From assembly GCA_947455195.1 (NCBI GenBank), contig CANGMI010000002.1, positions 515,429 through 579,428 on the forward strand: a DNA stretch of 64,000 nucleotides, in the 5' to 3' direction. The position numbers were made by a program, and so were the translations under genes. The DNA is from Pseudomonadota bacterium (GTDB lineage: Bacteria > Pseudomonadota > Gammaproteobacteria > Burkholderiales > SG8-39). The notes below the pieces were generated by a model. That model made no database searches, was not told where the DNA came from, and worked only from the letters and a program-made list of their open reading frames with translations. Each line of letters begins with the position of its first letter. The first letter of the stretch is position 1. This document shows, piece after piece, positions 36,994-49,000 of the stretch.

Positions 36994-39369
36994 ATGGCCA
37001 CGCATCGCCTCGTGATCCCGTTTACCGAACTCCGCATGGCCGACCTGGACCAGGTGGGCGGCAAGAATTCGTCGCTGGGCGAGATGATTTCCCAACTGTC
37101 GAGCGCCGGTATCCGGGTGCCTGGCGGTTTTGCCACGACGGCTGATGCGTTTCGCGAGTTTCTCGCCGCCGGCGGCCTCGATGCACGGATCGAGGCGCGC
37201 CTGCGCGAACTGCCCCCCGATGATGTGGTGGCGCTCGCCGCCTGCGGGGCCGAGATCCGCGATTGGATCATGCAGGCCCCGTTGCCTGCTTCGCTGCAGT
37301 CGGCCATCGAGTCGGCCTACGCGACCATGATGGCCGAGGGCGAGGCACCGGTGGCGGTACGCTCGAGCGCGACCGCCGAAGATCTGCCCGATGCCTCCTT
37401 TGCCGGGCAGCAGGAAACCTTCTTGAACATCGTCGGGCTCGAGAACATTCTCGTCGCCGTGCGCCACGTGTTTGCCTCGCTCTACAACGATCGCGCGATT
37501 TCGTACCGGGTACACCACGGTTTCGCCCACCACGAGGTCGCGCTTTCGGCCGGCATCCAGCGCATGGTGCGCAGCGACAAGGCCGAGAGCGGCGTGATGT
37601 TTACCATGGACACCGAGTCGGGCTTTCGCGGCGTGGTCTTCATCACGGCTGCCTATGGCTTGGGCGAGAGCGTGGTACAGGGCGCGGTGAACCCGGACGA
37701 GTTCTACGTGCACAAGGCGATGCTTGCGGCCGGCAAGGCACCCATCATCCGGCGCAGTCTGGGGTCGAAGGCTACGCGCATGGTGTTCACGGACGATGCC
37801 CGCGCCGGACGCTCGGTGAGCACCGAGCCCGTGAGTGCTGCCGACCAGCAGCGCTTCTGCCTTGCGGATTCCGACATCATCGAACTGGGGCGTGCTGCGG
37901 TCGCCATCGAGGCCCATTACGGCCGTCCGATGGATATCGAGTGGGCGCGCGATGGCATCGACGGACGCCTCTACATCCTGCAGGCACGACCCGAGACGGT
38001 GAAGTCGCGCGCCAGCAGCGAGACGCAGGAGCGCTTTGCGCTGAAGGGCACGAGCGATGTGCTCGCCAGTGGCCGGGCGATTGGCGCGCGCATCGGTATC
38101 GGTCCGGTGCGCATCGTGAGCGACGCCTCGGAAATGAACCGGGTGCAACCCGGTGATGTGCTCGTAACCGACATGACCGACCCCAACTGGGAGCCGGTGA
38201 TGAAGCGTGCATCGGCCATTGTCACCAATCGCGGTGGTCGCACCTGTCACGCGGCGATCATCGCACGCGAACTGGGCATTCCGGCGGTGGTGGGTTGCGG
38301 CGATGCCACCCGCACACTGACTGAAGGCGCGCTCGTCACCGTATCGTGCGCCGAGGGCGATACCGGCAACATCTATGCCGGGCGACTCGACTTCGAGGTG
38401 TCGACCGATGCGTTCGACACCATGCCGGCCATTCCGGTGAAGATTGCCATGAACATCGGCAACCCGAATCTCGCCTTCGACTTCCAGGCGCTGCCCAACG
38501 CCGGCGTGGGGCTGGCGCGGCTCGAGTTCGTCATCAACAACATCATCGGCATCCACCCGAAGGCGGTGCTCGACTACCCCGATCTGCCTGCCGACCTGAA
38601 AGCGCGGGTCGAGACCGCAGCGCGCGGTTACGCCTCGCCGCGCGAATTCTTCGTGGCGAAGATGGCCGAGGGTGTGGCCACCATTGCCGGGGCATTCTGG
38701 CCCAAGCCAGTGATCGTTCGACTGTCGGATTTCAAGTCGAATGAATACAAGAAGCTCCTGGGCGGCGAGCGTTACGAGCCCGATGAAGAGAACCCCATGC
38801 TCGGGTTCCGCGGGGCGTCGCGCTACATTGCCGAGAGCTTCCGTGCCTGCTTCGAGATGGAGTGCGAGGCGATGCGCCGCGTGCGCGAGACCATGGGTCT
38901 CACCAACGTCGAGATCATGGTGCCCTTCGTGCGCACGCTCGGTGAGGCACGCCGTGTGGTTGATCTGCTCGCATCGCATGGTCTGGAGCGTGGGCGCGAG
39001 GGGCTTCGCATGGTGATGATGTGCGAATTGCCTTCGAACGCGATTCTGGCCGATGCTTTCCTCGAATACTTCGATGGGTTCTCGATTGGATCGAATGACC
39101 TCACCCAACTGACGCTGGGGCTCGATCGCGATTCGGGACTCGTGGCCGACTCGTTCGATGAGCGCGATCCGGCCGTGAAGGCGATGCTCGAACTGGCGAT
39201 TTCAGCCTGCTTGCGTCAGGGCAAATATGTGGGGATCTGCGGGCAAGGCCCGTCGGACCACCTGGATTTCGCCCGCTGGCTCATGCAACAGGGCATCGGC
39301 AGCCTTTCGCTCAACCCCGATACCGTCGTATCGACCTGGCGGGCGCTGGCAGCCCCGGCTGGCGCCTGA
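36994..39369 (+). CDS. ppsA: phosphoenolpyruvate synthase
   Basis: [12 protein letters not shown], catalytic His region [24 protein letters not shown], and a C-terminal PEP-utilising TIM barrel (GSNDLTQL). The start is ATG 36994 or 36979. The upstream part of track ORF 36460.. is antisense to ppsR. Confidence 0.95.
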   Translation: MATHRLVIPFTELRMADLDQVGGKNSSLGEMISQLSSAGIRVPGGFATTADAFREFLAAGGLDARIEARLRELPPDDVVALAACGAEIRDWIMQAPLPASLQSAIESAYATMMAEGEAPVAVRSSATAEDLPDASFAGQQETFLNIVGLENILVAVRHVFASLYNDRAISYRVHHGFAHHEVALSAGIQRMVRSDKAESGVMFTMDTESGFRGVVFITAAYGLGESVVQGAVNPDEFYVHKAMLAAGKAPIIRRSLGSKATRMVFTDDARAGRSVSTEPVSAADQQRFCLADSDIIELGRAAVAIEAHYGRPMDIEWARDGIDGRLYILQARPETVKSRASSETQERFALKGTSDVLASGRAIGARIGIGPVRIVSDASEMNRVQPGDVLVTDMTDPNWEPVMKRASAIVTNRGGRTCHAAIIARELGIPAVVGCGDATRTLTEGALVTVSCAEGDTGNIYAGRLDFEVSTDAFDTMPAIPVKIAMNIGNPNLAFDFQALPNAGVGLARLEFVINNIIGIHPKAVLDYPDLPADLKARVETAARGYASPREFFVAKMAEGVATIAGAFWPKPVIVRLSDFKSNEYKKLLGGERYEPDEENPMLGFRGASRYIAESFRACFEMECEAMRRVRETMGLTNVEIMVPFVRTLGEARRVVDLLASHGLERGREGLRMVMMCELPSNAILADAFLEYFDGFSIGSNDLTQLTLGLDRDSGLVADSFDERDPAVKAMLELAISACLRQGKYVGICGQGPSDHLDFARWLMQQGIGSLSLNPDTVVSTWRALAAPAGA

Positions 39370-39432
39370 CTCGACCTCGATGCCGGTCACCGGCCACCGG
39401 GGTGACGGTGCCCGGTGACGATGACCAACCGT

Positions 39433-39882
39433 CTAACGATTATTCTGTCTGAGCAAGCGTTGCTTTTCGCGCCCCCACTCGCGGTCCTTCTCGGCCTGCC
39501 GCTTGTCGTGCTCCTTCTTGCCTTTGGCAAGACCGACCGCAAGCTTCACACGCCCCTTGGTGTAGTGCAGGTCGAGGGGCACGAGCGCGTAGCCGGCGCG
39601 TTCGACCTTGCCGATGAGCCGCTCGATTTCGGTCTTGTGCATCAGCAGCTTGCGCGTGCGGATGTTGTCGGGCTTGATGTGGGTCGAGGCCGTGGCGAGG
39701 GGGCTGATGTGCGCGCCCAGCAGCACGAGCTCGCCGCGCTGGATGACCACATAGGCCTCGCCGATCTGGACGCGTCCGGCGCGGATCGATTTCACTTCCC
39801 AGCCCTGCAGCACGAGGCCCGCCTCGTAGCGGTCTTCGATGAAGTAGTCGTGCCGGGCCTTGCGATTCTCTACGATGCTCAT
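39433..39882 (-). CDS. smpB: SsrA-binding protein
   Basis: ATG 39882 gives 149 aa: [27 protein letters not shown] and KLLMHKTEI. Confidence 0.95.
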   Translation of the reverse strand: MSIVENRKARHDYFIEDRYEAGLVLQGWEVKSIRAGRVQIGEAYVVIQRGELVLLGAHISPLATASTHIKPDNIRTRKLLMHKTEIERLIGKVERAGYALVPLDLHYTKGRVKLAVGLAKGKKEHDKRQAEKDREWGREKQRLLRQNNR

Positions 39883-39914
39883 GCCGCATTGTATCAACCG
39901 GGGAGGGCGTTGCC

Positions 39915-40382
39915 GTGACGCGGGTCGAACGATCGGCGCTGGTGCCGCATGCGGCGCAGGCGCTCTTTGATCTGGTGGCCGATATCGAGCGGTATCCGCA
40001 GTTTCTGCCCTGGTGTGGCGCGGCACGCATCGATGCGCGCAAGGGCAATGAGGTGCAGGCAACGCTCGAGATCGACTTTCATGGCATCCGCCAGCGCTTC
40101 TCCACGAAGAACACCAACACACCGCCAGGCTCGATCGTGCTCGAACTGGTGAACGGCCCCTTTCGCAGGCTGCATGGCGTATGGCGCTTCACGGCGCTGG
40201 GCGAGGCCGCCTGCAAGGTCGAACTCACGCTCGAGTACGAGTTTGGCAACCTGTTGCTCTCGCGCGTCGTGGGGCCGGTCTTCTCTCGCATTGCCAACAC
40301 CATGGTCGATGCCTTCGTGCGCCGTGCGGCGCAGGTGGCGCGGCAGGGGGCCATCGAGTCGGGCAAGCCGTCTGCACCATGA
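39915..40382 (+). CDS. ratA: RatA/SRPBCC (CoQ-binding, START-like) family protein
   Basis: 155 aa: [18 protein letters not shown] and ...[10 protein letters not shown]. It is divergent from smpB as in many proteobacteria. Confidence 0.85.
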   Translation: MTRVERSALVPHAAQALFDLVADIERYPQFLPWCGAARIDARKGNEVQATLEIDFHGIRQRFSTKNTNTPPGSIVLELVNGPFRRLHGVWRFTALGEAACKVELTLEYEFGNLLLSRVVGPVFSRIANTMVDAFVRRAAQVARQGAIESGKPSAP

Positions 40383-40660
40383 GTACGGTGCGGGTGACGG
40401 TGGTGCGTGCGCTGCCGGGCGAGGCGCAGATCAGGCCGCTCGAGTTGCCCCTCGGTGCTTGCGTGGCCGACGCGCTGGCGGCCAGTGGGCTGCTCGCAGC
40501 GGATGCAGCGCCTGCGGTGGGCATCTTCGGCCGCCGTGTCGAACCGGACCGGATTCTGGCCGAGGGCGATCAGGTAGAACTCTATCGACCCCTGTCGAGC
40601 GCACCGGGGGAGCGTCGTCGGGCACGGGCGCGGGCCAAGGGGAAACAAGGCCCGGCTTGA
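40379..40660 (+). CDS. rnfH: RnfH family ubiquitin-like protein
   Basis: ATG 40379 overlaps the ratA stop (ATGA). 93 aa with VGIFGRRVEPDRILAEGDQVELYRPL, typical of RnfH. Confidence 0.8.
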   Translation: MSTVRVTVVRALPGEAQIRPLELPLGACVADALAASGLLAADAAPAVGIFGRRVEPDRILAEGDQVELYRPLSSAPGERRRARARAKGKQGPA

Positions 40661-40721
40661 TGGGGGGCGAGAGCGCCCGGGGATCGGTTGATCGGGCTCG
40701 GCGCTCCCGGGGCGCCCGTTG

Positions 40722-41261
40722 TCAGCGACAGGCCTCGGCCACCGCCTGGCGCGCGCGCGCCTTGGCTTCTTCGACCTGGGCATCATCGAGGTATTGCCGT
40801 TCGCCCGCTTCATTGAAGCGCACGACGCGGCCGCCATTTTCGAGCCCGGCCAGATAGCCCCGCGCCTGGATGCAGCGCTCACGCATCTGTTCAGCGCGCT
40901 GGCTTTCGGCAAGTTGCTTCTTTTCGGCTTCCTGCGCTTCCATCTGGCGACGGCGGAAGGCCTGCTCCTGCTCGGCCATGCTCATGGGGGCCGCCGCCGC
41001 AGGGGGGCTGCCAGAGGCCGTGCCCGACGCGGTTCCTGGCAGCGGGCGCAAACGGGTGGCCTGCACGCCGGGGGGTGGGCTGTCGCCATATTGGGTGCCG
41101 CCCGACGCGTCTTTCCATTTCCACTGAGCGAAGGCGGCGGGCGCTGCGAGGGCGGTTGCAAGGGTGATGATCAGCGTGACGCAAACGCCGGGGGAACGCG
41201 CGGTGGCGCCGGGCGGGGCCACGGGCAAAGCGGCGGGCAGATCGGGGCCATTATTCTTCAT
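40722..41261 (-). CDS. DUF4124 domain-containing periplasmic protein
   Basis: ATG 41261 is preceded by GGAGGA. There is a signal peptide (VCVTLIITLATALAAPAAFA), then QWKWKDASGGTQYGDSPPPG (DUF4124-like) and a C-terminal coiled coil. Confidence 0.7.
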   Translation of the reverse strand: MKNNGPDLPAALPVAPPGATARSPGVCVTLIITLATALAAPAAFAQWKWKDASGGTQYGDSPPPGVQATRLRPLPGTASGTASGSPPAAAAPMSMAEQEQAFRRRQMEAQEAEKKQLAESQRAEQMRERCIQARGYLAGLENGGRVVRFNEAGERQYLDDAQVEEAKARARQAVAEACR

Positions 41262-41342
41262 CGCGGATGTTCCTCCGGGACGTGAGACCTTATCGTAACC
41301 CGGACAGCCGCGTATAATCCGATCTTTGCGTCGAACATCCCC

Positions 41343-42803
41343 ATGCGGCTCATCCAGAAAGCCCTTACCTTTGACGACGTTCTGCTCGTCCCCGCGCACT
41401 CGAATTTCCTCCCGCGCGATGCAAACCTCCAGACCCGGGTTTCGCGCAACATCCGCCTGAACATTCCCCTGGTCTCGGCCGCCATGGACACGGTGACCGA
41501 GAGCCGGCTTGCGATCGCGCTGGCCGAAGAAGGTGGCATCGGCATCATTCACAAGAACCTTCGACCCGCCGACCAGGCGCGCGAGGTGATGCGGGTGAAA
41601 CGCTACGAGTCAGGCGTGGTCAATGACCCGATCACCGTGTCACCGGATCTCACTGTGGGTGACCTGAAGCGCCTCACCGCGCAGCACCGCATTTCGGGCC
41701 TGCCGGTGGTGGAGGGCGGCAAGGTGGTTGGTATCGTGACCAACCGTGACCTGCGCTTCGAGACCCGCCTCGACATGCGGGTGCGTGAAATCATGACCCA
41801 GCGCGACAAGCTCGTCACGGTGCGCGAAGGGGCGAGCCTCGAAGAGGCGATGGCGCTGCTGCACAAGCATCGTCTCGAGCGCGTGCTCGTCGTGAACGAC
41901 GCGTTCGAACTGCGCGGCCTCATCACCGTGAAGGACATCCTCAAGTCGAGCGAGCATCCGCAGGCCTGCAAGGATGCCGACGGCAAGCTGCGTGTCGGGG
42001 CGGCCATTGGCGTGGGTGAGGGCACCGAAGAGCGTGCCGCGCTGCTGGTGGAAGCCGGGGTTGATCTCATCGTGGTCGACACGGCTCACGGCCATGCGCA
42101 AGGCGTGCTCGATCGGGTGCGCTGGGTGAAACGCAACTTTCCGCGGGTTGATGTCGTGGGGGGCAATATCGCCACCGCCGATGCGGCCCGTGCCCTCGTG
42201 GACCACGGTGCTGATGGCGTGAAGGTGGGTATCGGCCCGGGCTCGATCTGCACCACGCGCATCATCGCCGGTGTGGGCGTGCCGCAGATCACGGCCATCG
42301 GTCATGTGTCGGATGCCCTCGCTGGCACCGACGTCGTGGTGATCGCCGATGGCGGCGTTCGCTACAGTGGCGATGTGGCAAAGGCCATCGCAGCCGGTGC
42401 CAACGCGGTGATGATGGGCAGCCTCTTTGCCGGCACGGATGAGGCGCCGGGTGAGATCGAACTGCTGCAGGGGCGCTCGTACAAGAGCTATCGTGGCATG
42501 GGCTCGTTGTCGGCGATGCAGCAAGGGGCGGCTGACCGGTACTTTCAGGAAGCCACCAACAACACCGACAAGCTCGTGCCGGAAGGTGTGGAGGGGCGCG
42601 TACCCTACAAGGGCCCGGTGGGCCCGGTCATCAACCAGCTCATTGGCGGCCTGCGCTCGAGCATGGGCTATACCGGTTGCGCCTCGATCGACGAACTTCG
42701 CTCGAAGGCCGAATTTGTCGAGATTTCGTACGCGGGCATGCGCGAGTCGCATGTACACGATGTGCAGATCGTGAAAGAGGCCCCCAACTACCGTGTCGAG
42801 TGA
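41343..42803 (+). CDS. guaB: IMP dehydrogenase
   Basis: [10 protein letters not shown], a CBS pair, [11 protein letters not shown] (catalytic Cys) and [13 protein letters not shown]. Confidence 0.97.
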   Translation: MRLIQKALTFDDVLLVPAHSNFLPRDANLQTRVSRNIRLNIPLVSAAMDTVTESRLAIALAEEGGIGIIHKNLRPADQAREVMRVKRYESGVVNDPITVSPDLTVGDLKRLTAQHRISGLPVVEGGKVVGIVTNRDLRFETRLDMRVREIMTQRDKLVTVREGASLEEAMALLHKHRLERVLVVNDAFELRGLITVKDILKSSEHPQACKDADGKLRVGAAIGVGEGTEERAALLVEAGVDLIVVDTAHGHAQGVLDRVRWVKRNFPRVDVVGGNIATADAARALVDHGADGVKVGIGPGSICTTRIIAGVGVPQITAIGHVSDALAGTDVVVIADGGVRYSGDVAKAIAAGANAVMMGSLFAGTDEAPGEIELLQGRSYKSYRGMGSLSAMQQGAADRYFQEATNNTDKLVPEGVEGRVPYKGPVGPVINQLIGGLRSSMGYTGCASIDELRSKAEFVEISYAGMRESHVHDVQIVKEAPNYRVE

Positions 42804-44376
42804 CCCGCACCGCGCGCACCAGCGCATCCTGATTCTGGATTTTGGTTCGCAGTATTCGCAGCTCATTGCCCGCCGGGTGCGCGAGCTCTCGGTGTACTGC
42901 GAACTGCACTCGCACGATGTCGACGATGCCTTCGTGCGTGCCTGGGCACCTACCGGGGTCATCCTCTCGGGCGGACCCAATTCAGTCTATGAGGATGAGA
43001 CCCCGCGTGCACCGCAGGCGGTGTTTGAACTGGGCGTGCCGGTGCTCGGGATCTGTTACGGCATGCAGACGATGGCCGCGCAACTCGGTGGCACGGTGAA
43101 GAACGCCAAGGTGCGCGAGTTCGGCCACGCCGAGGTGCGCGCGCGCGGCCACAGCGTGCTCCTGCGTGACATTCAGGACCGGGGCAATGCCCAGGGGCAT
43201 GGCCTGCTCGATGTCTGGATGAGTCACGGCGACTCGGTCGATGCGCTGCCGCCAGGCTTCAAGACCATTGCGAGCAACGAGGCCACCCCCGTGGCGGGCA
43301 TGGCCGACGAGACGCGGCGCTTCTACGCGCTGCAGTTCCACCCGGAAGTGACCCACACGAAGCAGGGCGCGGCGATTCTCGAGCGCTTCGTGCGCGAGAT
43401 CTGCGCCTGTGGCGGTGACTGGAACATGCCTGACCATGTGAGCGAGGCGGTGGCCGCCATTCGCGCGCAGGTGGGCACAGAGGAAGTGATTCTGGGACTG
43501 TCGGGCGGGGTCGACTCGTCGGTGGCCGCCGCCCTCATTCACCGGGCGATCGGCGATCAGCTCACCTGTGTCTTCGTCGATACGGGTCTGCTGCGTCTGG
43601 ACGAGGCCGCCCAGGTGATGCAGGCCTTCGAGGGCCGGCTGGGCGCCCGGGTAATCCTCGTGGATGCGAGCGAGCAGTTCATGGGCGCGCTGGCCGGTGT
43701 CTCGGACCCCGAGCAGAAGCGCAAGATCATCGGGCGAGAGTTTGTCGAGGTCTTCCAGCGCGAGGCGGCAAAGCTTCCGAACGCGAAGTGGCTCGCGCAG
43801 GGCACGATCTACCCCGACGTGATCGAATCGGCCGGTGCGAAGACCAAGAAGGCCCACACGATCAAGTCGCACCACAATGTGGGTGGGCTGCCCGAGACCC
43901 TGAAGCTCAATCTCCTCGAGCCCCTGCGCGATCTCTTCAAGGACGAAGTCCGGAAGCTTGGCGTGGCCCTGGGGCTGCCGGCAGACCTCGTGTATCGCCA
44001 TCCCTTTCCGGGCCCGGGCCTGGGGGTGCGCATTCTGGGCGACGTCACCCGACGCGATGCCGACCTCTTGCGTCGGGCCGATGCGATCTTCATCGAAGAA
44101 CTGCGCGCGGCCGGCTGGTACGACAAGGTGGCGCAGGCCTTCGCGGTCTTCCTGCCGGTGCGCTCGGTGGGCGTGATGGGCGATGGCCGCACCTACGAGA
44201 ACGTGGTGGCGCTGCGCGCCGTGCAGACCACCGATTTCATGACTGCCGAGTGGGCGCCGCTGCCCTATGAGCTGCTCGCGAAGGTGTCGAGCCGCATCAT
44301 CAACGAGGTGCGCGGGTTCAACCGGGTGGTGTACGACGTGTCAGGCAAGCCGCCGGCGACGATCGAGTGGGAATGA
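42793..44376 (+). CDS. guaA: glutamine-hydrolysing GMP synthase
   Basis: [27 protein letters not shown] (GATase Cys), PP-loop [11 protein letters not shown], and the full conserved C-terminus ...[10 protein letters not shown]. The gene is therefore intact. Confidence 0.97.
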   Translation: MSSDPHRAHQRILILDFGSQYSQLIARRVRELSVYCELHSHDVDDAFVRAWAPTGVILSGGPNSVYEDETPRAPQAVFELGVPVLGICYGMQTMAAQLGGTVKNAKVREFGHAEVRARGHSVLLRDIQDRGNAQGHGLLDVWMSHGDSVDALPPGFKTIASNEATPVAGMADETRRFYALQFHPEVTHTKQGAAILERFVREICACGGDWNMPDHVSEAVAAIRAQVGTEEVILGLSGGVDSSVAAALIHRAIGDQLTCVFVDTGLLRLDEAAQVMQAFEGRLGARVILVDASEQFMGALAGVSDPEQKRKIIGREFVEVFQREAAKLPNAKWLAQGTIYPDVIESAGAKTKKAHTIKSHHNVGGLPETLKLNLLEPLRDLFKDEVRKLGVALGLPADLVYRHPFPGPGLGVRILGDVTRRDADLLRRADAIFIEELRAAGWYDKVAQAFAVFLPVRSVGVMGDGRTYENVVALRAVQTTDFMTAEWAPLPYELLAKVSSRIINEVRGFNRVVYDVSGKPPATIEWE

Positions 44377-44393
44377 TTCGGCGTCTTTCAGGG

Positions 44394-44474
44394 TCTATCG
44401 GGGTCTATCGAAAATCGCTGCTAAGTGCTTGTCCCATATAGAAAACGTCTGTCGAGATCTATCGACATCTATCG
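44394..44474. repeat. four copies of TCTATCG arranged as two 10-bp-phased pairs
   Basis: Read directly at 44394-44400, 44404-44410, 44458-44464 and 44468-44474. The first pair is part of a GGGTCTATCG tandem duplication. Confidence 0.85.
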
Positions 44475-44492
44475 GGGGGATGCGCTCCAGTT

Positions 44493-44648
44493 TGACGGTA
44501 AATCTGACGGTAAAAATCTGGCACGGACACGCTTTAAAATTTTTACCGTCAGCGATAAAGGGCTGTTGACGGTAAAAAAATAGCAAGAAATATCATACAA
44601 ATCAACCACTTAACAAAGTTGTAGCGGCCAAATCATCGTGACGGTAAA
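44493..44648. repeat. five copies of TGACGGTAAA (4 direct, 1 inverted) upstream of the integrase gene; candidate arm-type/operator sites
   Basis: Direct copies at 44493-44502, 44505-44514, 44567-44576 and 44639-44648; inverted copy (TTTACCGTCA) at 44542-44551. A possible promoter, TTGACG (44566-44571) with a 19-nt spacer to TATCAT (44591-44596), overlaps the third direct copy. Confidence 0.8.
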
Positions 44649-44673
44649 ATTCCTCCGAGAGGAGGGACTGCCG

Positions 44674-45933
44674 ATGCTGTCCGATGGCACGCTCCGGGGC
44701 ATCAAGCCCCAGGCCACCACCTACAAGATCGCCGACCGGGACGGGATGTACGTGACCGTCTCCCCGAGAGGCACGATCACTTTTCGTCTCGACTACCGGC
44801 TCAACGGCCGGCGGGAGACGCTCACGATCGGCCGCTATGGGTCCAAGGACGGGATCTCGCTGCTCATGGCGCGCGAGCGCTCCATGGAAGCGCGCAAGGC
44901 GATCGCCGAAGGCCAATCCCCCAGCCAGGAGAAGCAGCGCGAGAAGCGCCGGATGTCCGAGGCCAAGACCTTCGACGAGTTCACCAAGCGCTGGCTGGAA
45001 GAAGCCAGGATGGCCGACAGCACCAAGTCGATGCGCAAGAGCATCATCGACCGGGACATCATGCCGGTGTTCGGCAATCGGGTGATGGCCGAGATCGGGC
45101 CGGAGGACCTGCGCAACCTGTGCGCCAAGGTCAAGGCACGCGGCGCACCGGCCACCGCCGTGCACGTGCGCGACATCGTCAAGCAGGTGTTCGGTTTCGC
45201 GGCGCTGCACGGCGACAAGGCGCCGAATCCCGCGGACGAAGTCGGCCCGTCATCGATCGCCACCTTCGTGGCCAAGGACCGCGCGCTGTCGCCGTCCGAG
45301 ATCCGCGTCATGCACCGAGTGCTGGACGCTACCGCGACCCTGCCGACCATCCGCCTGGCGCTGCGCATGATCCTGCTGACGCTCGTGCGCAAGAGCGAGC
45401 TGATCGAAGCCACCTGGGACGAGGTCGACTTCGAGAACGCAGTCTGGACGATTCCGAAGAGCCGCATGAAGGCCGGCAAGCCCCACAACGTCTACCTGTC
45501 GCAGCAGGCGCTCGACATCATGGTGGCGCTGCGCACTTGTGCGAGCGGCTCGAAGTTCCTGCTGCCCTCGCGTTACGACGCCGATCGCTGCATGTCGAAG
45601 GCGACGCTGAACCGGGTCACGCAGACCGTCGCGGAGCGAGCCAAGGAAGCGAAGCTCCCGCTGGAGCCTTTCACCGTGCACGACCTGCGCCGTACCGGCT
45701 CGACAATCCTGAACGAGCTCGGCTTCAACAGCGACTGGATCGAGAAGTGCCTGGCCCACGAAGACGGCCGCTCATCGAGGGGCGTCTACAACAAGGCGGA
45801 ATACGCCGAGCAGCGCCGTCACATGCTGCAGGAGTGGGCGGACATGATCGATGCGTGGGTCGCGGGGAAGTCCCACACCCCAACACTGCTGCCGCCGAGC
45901 ATGAAGGTGATGACGACGGCGGCGCCGATTTGA
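44674..45933 (+). CDS. int: tyrosine-type site-specific integrase, P4-like with DUF4102 arm-binding N-terminal domain
   Basis: AGGAGGG lies about 10 nt before ATG 44674. The N-terminus LSDGTLRGIKPQATTYKIADRDGMYVTVSPRGTITFRLDYRLNGRRE matches the DUF4102 pattern. Catalytic blocks are LLTLVRKSEL (R), HDLRRTGST (HxxR) and CLAHEDG...RGVYNKAEY (H...Y). Confidence 0.93.
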   Translation: MLSDGTLRGIKPQATTYKIADRDGMYVTVSPRGTITFRLDYRLNGRRETLTIGRYGSKDGISLLMARERSMEARKAIAEGQSPSQEKQREKRRMSEAKTFDEFTKRWLEEARMADSTKSMRKSIIDRDIMPVFGNRVMAEIGPEDLRNLCAKVKARGAPATAVHVRDIVKQVFGFAALHGDKAPNPADEVGPSSIATFVAKDRALSPSEIRVMHRVLDATATLPTIRLALRMILLTLVRKSELIEATWDEVDFENAVWTIPKSRMKAGKPHNVYLSQQALDIMVALRTCASGSKFLLPSRYDADRCMSKATLNRVTQTVAERAKEAKLPLEPFTVHDLRRTGSTILNELGFNSDWIEKCLAHEDGRSSRGVYNKAEYAEQRRHMLQEWADMIDAWVAGKSHTPTLLPPSMKVMTTAAPI

Positions 45934-46000
45934 GGGCAGCTTGCGCTTTGAACGCGCGCACTGCCTAAGGCGAGAAGAGCACAAACAAGGACGATGGCGA

Positions 46001-49000
46001 ATGGCAGCAACAGGGGAAGTGACTAGTCCGCGAGAAGTCATTGAGCGAATCAGAACCGAAGACTACCTGCTCGACATCGAGGAGGAGTCGGATCGGGTCA
46101 GGCGCGGCGCTAAGAGTCTGCACAAGAAGCTGAACAGTGCCCTGGACCTGTTGTCCAAGGACCTGTACTCGAAGAAGTCGCACTTCATCCTGGAGCTCAT
46201 TCAGAACGCCGATGACAACGAGTACGTCAAGAGCACTGTTCCCCAACTGACTTTCAAGCTGGCCACCGAGCGTCTCATCCTCCTCAACAACGAGATTGGC
46301 TTCAGCGAACGGAATGTCCAGGCGCTTTGCAGCGTTGGCGATAGCTCAAAAGCCAAGAAGTCGGGCTACATAGGCGAGAAGGGCATCGGCTTCAAGTCGG
46401 TGTTTACCGTTTCGAACGCCCCAGAGATTCACTCCAACGGATATCACTTCCGGTTTGATCGGAGAGATGAGGCCAACCTCCTCGGCTATGTCGTCCCCGA
46501 GTGGTGTGAACCACCTGAGGAAGCGAAGCCCGACACCACTGCCATTGTCCTGCCCGCAGCGCAGGGCTACGAGTTCAACAAGGAGACGCTTGAAGACCTC
46601 GATGCCCGGCTTCTGCTCTTCCTGTCGAAGCTTCGCGAGATCGAGCTTCTGCATGGGGAGGAGAGAACGACATTTCGCAGGCGCGACAAGAAGGGCCTGT
46701 CCGTCCTCACTACAGAAATCGCGCTGCCTGGCGCTGAGCCGAAGATTGACGAGTACCGGTTTGTCCGTGTCTCAGTCGACTTTTCGATGGAGAAGGTCCC
46801 GGACGAGAAGCGACCAGAGATTTCCACATCCTCCGTCGTGCTTGCGTTTCCGGTGGATGCGTCGGGCGCTGCGGACCCCCAGCCCGCGTCCCAGGTCTTC
46901 GCATTCCTGCCCATAAGGCAGGTCGGGTTCAAGTTCTCGATTCAGGCTGACTTCATCCTCAGTTCGAGCAGAGAAGACATCCTCACTGACCGCGCATGGA
47001 ACAAGCTCCTGCGCGAAGGTATCGCCGTCGCGTTCAAAGTGGCAGTCGCAACTTTCCGGGCTTCCGATGCGCTCGCGTTCAGCTACCTGAAATACCTCCC
47101 CGGCGAGGGCGAGATCTCCGATCCGTTCTTTCGCTCGCTCACGGATTCCATCGTTGCCCAACTCGCTCAGACGGAGTGCCTGCCGTCAGAAGGTGGGCAA
47201 TGGAAGTGTCCAAGCGACCTGAGGATTGCAGAGAAGCGGTTCAGGGACTTGTTTCCCCCGACAGTATCGATGGAGCTGTTTGGCTTCGACTATGTCGACC
47301 ATCGCGTCCAAGGCGGCAACGACCTGCTTCGACGGCTTGGTGCTAAAAGCATTACGTTCCCAGATATTTTCAATGTCTTCAAGCTGCACGGCGACTGGCT
47401 GAAGAAGCAGGACATCGAGTGGAAGGCCCGCTTCTACGCAATGCTGGCCGAGCTCGATTTGCAGAAGCTTGTTGCGGGCCTAGTCTCGTTGCCATGCATC
47501 CCAACCAATGCAGGAGACCTGGTAGTCCCCTCGAAGTCTCACGTCTTCTACCCGCTCAGTCGAGGGAAGAAGTTCGGCTTTGAGCAAGAGCTTGTCATCA
47601 TCGACAGCGAACTGCTGGACGAGGCACAGGTCCACTCCGAAAAAGTCCACGCGCTCTTCGCGGCGCTGCAGGTCAAGTCGGACGACCCGTACGACCTTGT
47701 CACTTCCCACATCCTCCCTAGGCATCAAGGAGATTCATGGAAGACATCCGAGAAGAAGGCCTTGTTAGGGCACCTGCGGTACATCAAGGACAAGCTCAAG
47801 GAGTACCTGGAAGGCGCCGTGTCTGCAGGTAAGACCGAAGCGCAGGCGTTCCAGGCAGTGCGCGACGGAATTTGGGTTGGCACGAAACAGAGTGCCGAGC
47901 AGTGGCTCTTTAGCAAACCGCAGCAGCTCTATCTCAGCAAGGAATACGGACCAGCATTCTGCATGGAGACATTGCTCGGCGAAGCGATACCGCGATCGCT
48001 CCTCGTGTCGGCAGACTACTTGGCGGCTAAGCCCAAGGATCCGGAGTTTGAGGCCGAGTCGTGGAGAACATTTCTGATCAGACTGGGTGTGCGTGTCGCA
48101 CCACGCCTTGAAGCGGTTGCCAACGGCGACAGCAAGTGCAGCGCCGAACTCGAGCTGTTGCTTGGATCACAACAGTCTGCTGTTCGAAGAGCCACGCTTG
48201 AGTGCCTGGATAACAACTGGAGTCAGTATGCAGGTCATCTGAGCTTCGCTTTGCAGGTCGGGAGGACTGTTACGAACAGGGAGACGCAGTTCTCTGTTGC
48301 GCTACGTTCAATGCTGGCTCCTACGCGAAAGAGAGTCAGTCCGCCGATTTTCGAAGTCTTCTATCCGACACCGGAATTGAAGGGCCTGTTTGGAGATCGG
48401 CTGACCTACATCGATGCGGTTCTGAGCAATCAAGTGCTCGATGCTTGCGGGGTCACCCACCGCCTTGATGCCAAGGCATGTCTCAAACGGTTGCGTCAGC
48501 TCAAGGCCGAGGGAGGCGATACGACGCCCCAACTGCATGCCCTCTACCGCCATCTTGAGCAGTTCTGGGACAAGGAAGGCGCGGCTATCAAACAGGCCTT
48601 TTCGCTGGAAGGCTTGATTCGAATAAAGGGTGCCAACCCCTTCTGGGCGAAGCCCACCGAGGTTGCGTGGCGCTCCAACGGGCCGTTCCTGGATTCGCTC
48701 TATCCGCCACTTCAAGGCCAGTACCGGGACTTCTCCGGGTTTTTCAACGACAAGCTTGGGATACCCAAGGAGCTTCCTACCGGCAAGTGGGTAGAAGCGC
48801 TTTCGAAGCTGGGCCAAATCGAGTCAATTGATGAGCGTAGGCGCGAGGCGCTGGCGATCTACAAACGAGCCAATCGGGACCTTACACCGCGGTTCGGACG
48901 AGACGAGATTCCGACCCCAGGCTGGCTCAACGCGTTCGAGGATAACGACGTCTTCCTCAATCATCGGGACGAACTTGTCTCCAACGATGAGCAACTCTTC

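Noticed and set aside
36589-39108. 839-aa minus-strand ORF
   Set aside because: It is entirely antisense to ppsA, which has full-length PEP synthase motifs. This is a GC artefact.
40661-40721. GC-rich partial palindromes between convergent rnfH and the DUF4124 gene, as a possible terminator
   Set aside because: The stems are short (about 5 bp), alternative pairings compete, and there is no U-tract on either strand. This is too weak to call.
44391-44648. Possibility that the short repeats after guaA are a CRISPR array or a tRNA/tmRNA-derived att site
   Set aside because: The repeats are only 7-10 bp, irregularly spaced and partly inverted, with no 25-40-bp repeat/spacer periodicity. I could not fold any cloverleaf or find a T-loop (GTTCGAATC-like) or CCA-end signature in 44377-44673.
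45120-45968. 282-aa plus-strand ORF overlapping the integrase gene
   Set aside because: It is an alternate frame of the integrase CDS. The product is Arg/Gly/Ala-rich, and the integrase frame carries the catalytic R-H-R-Y blocks.
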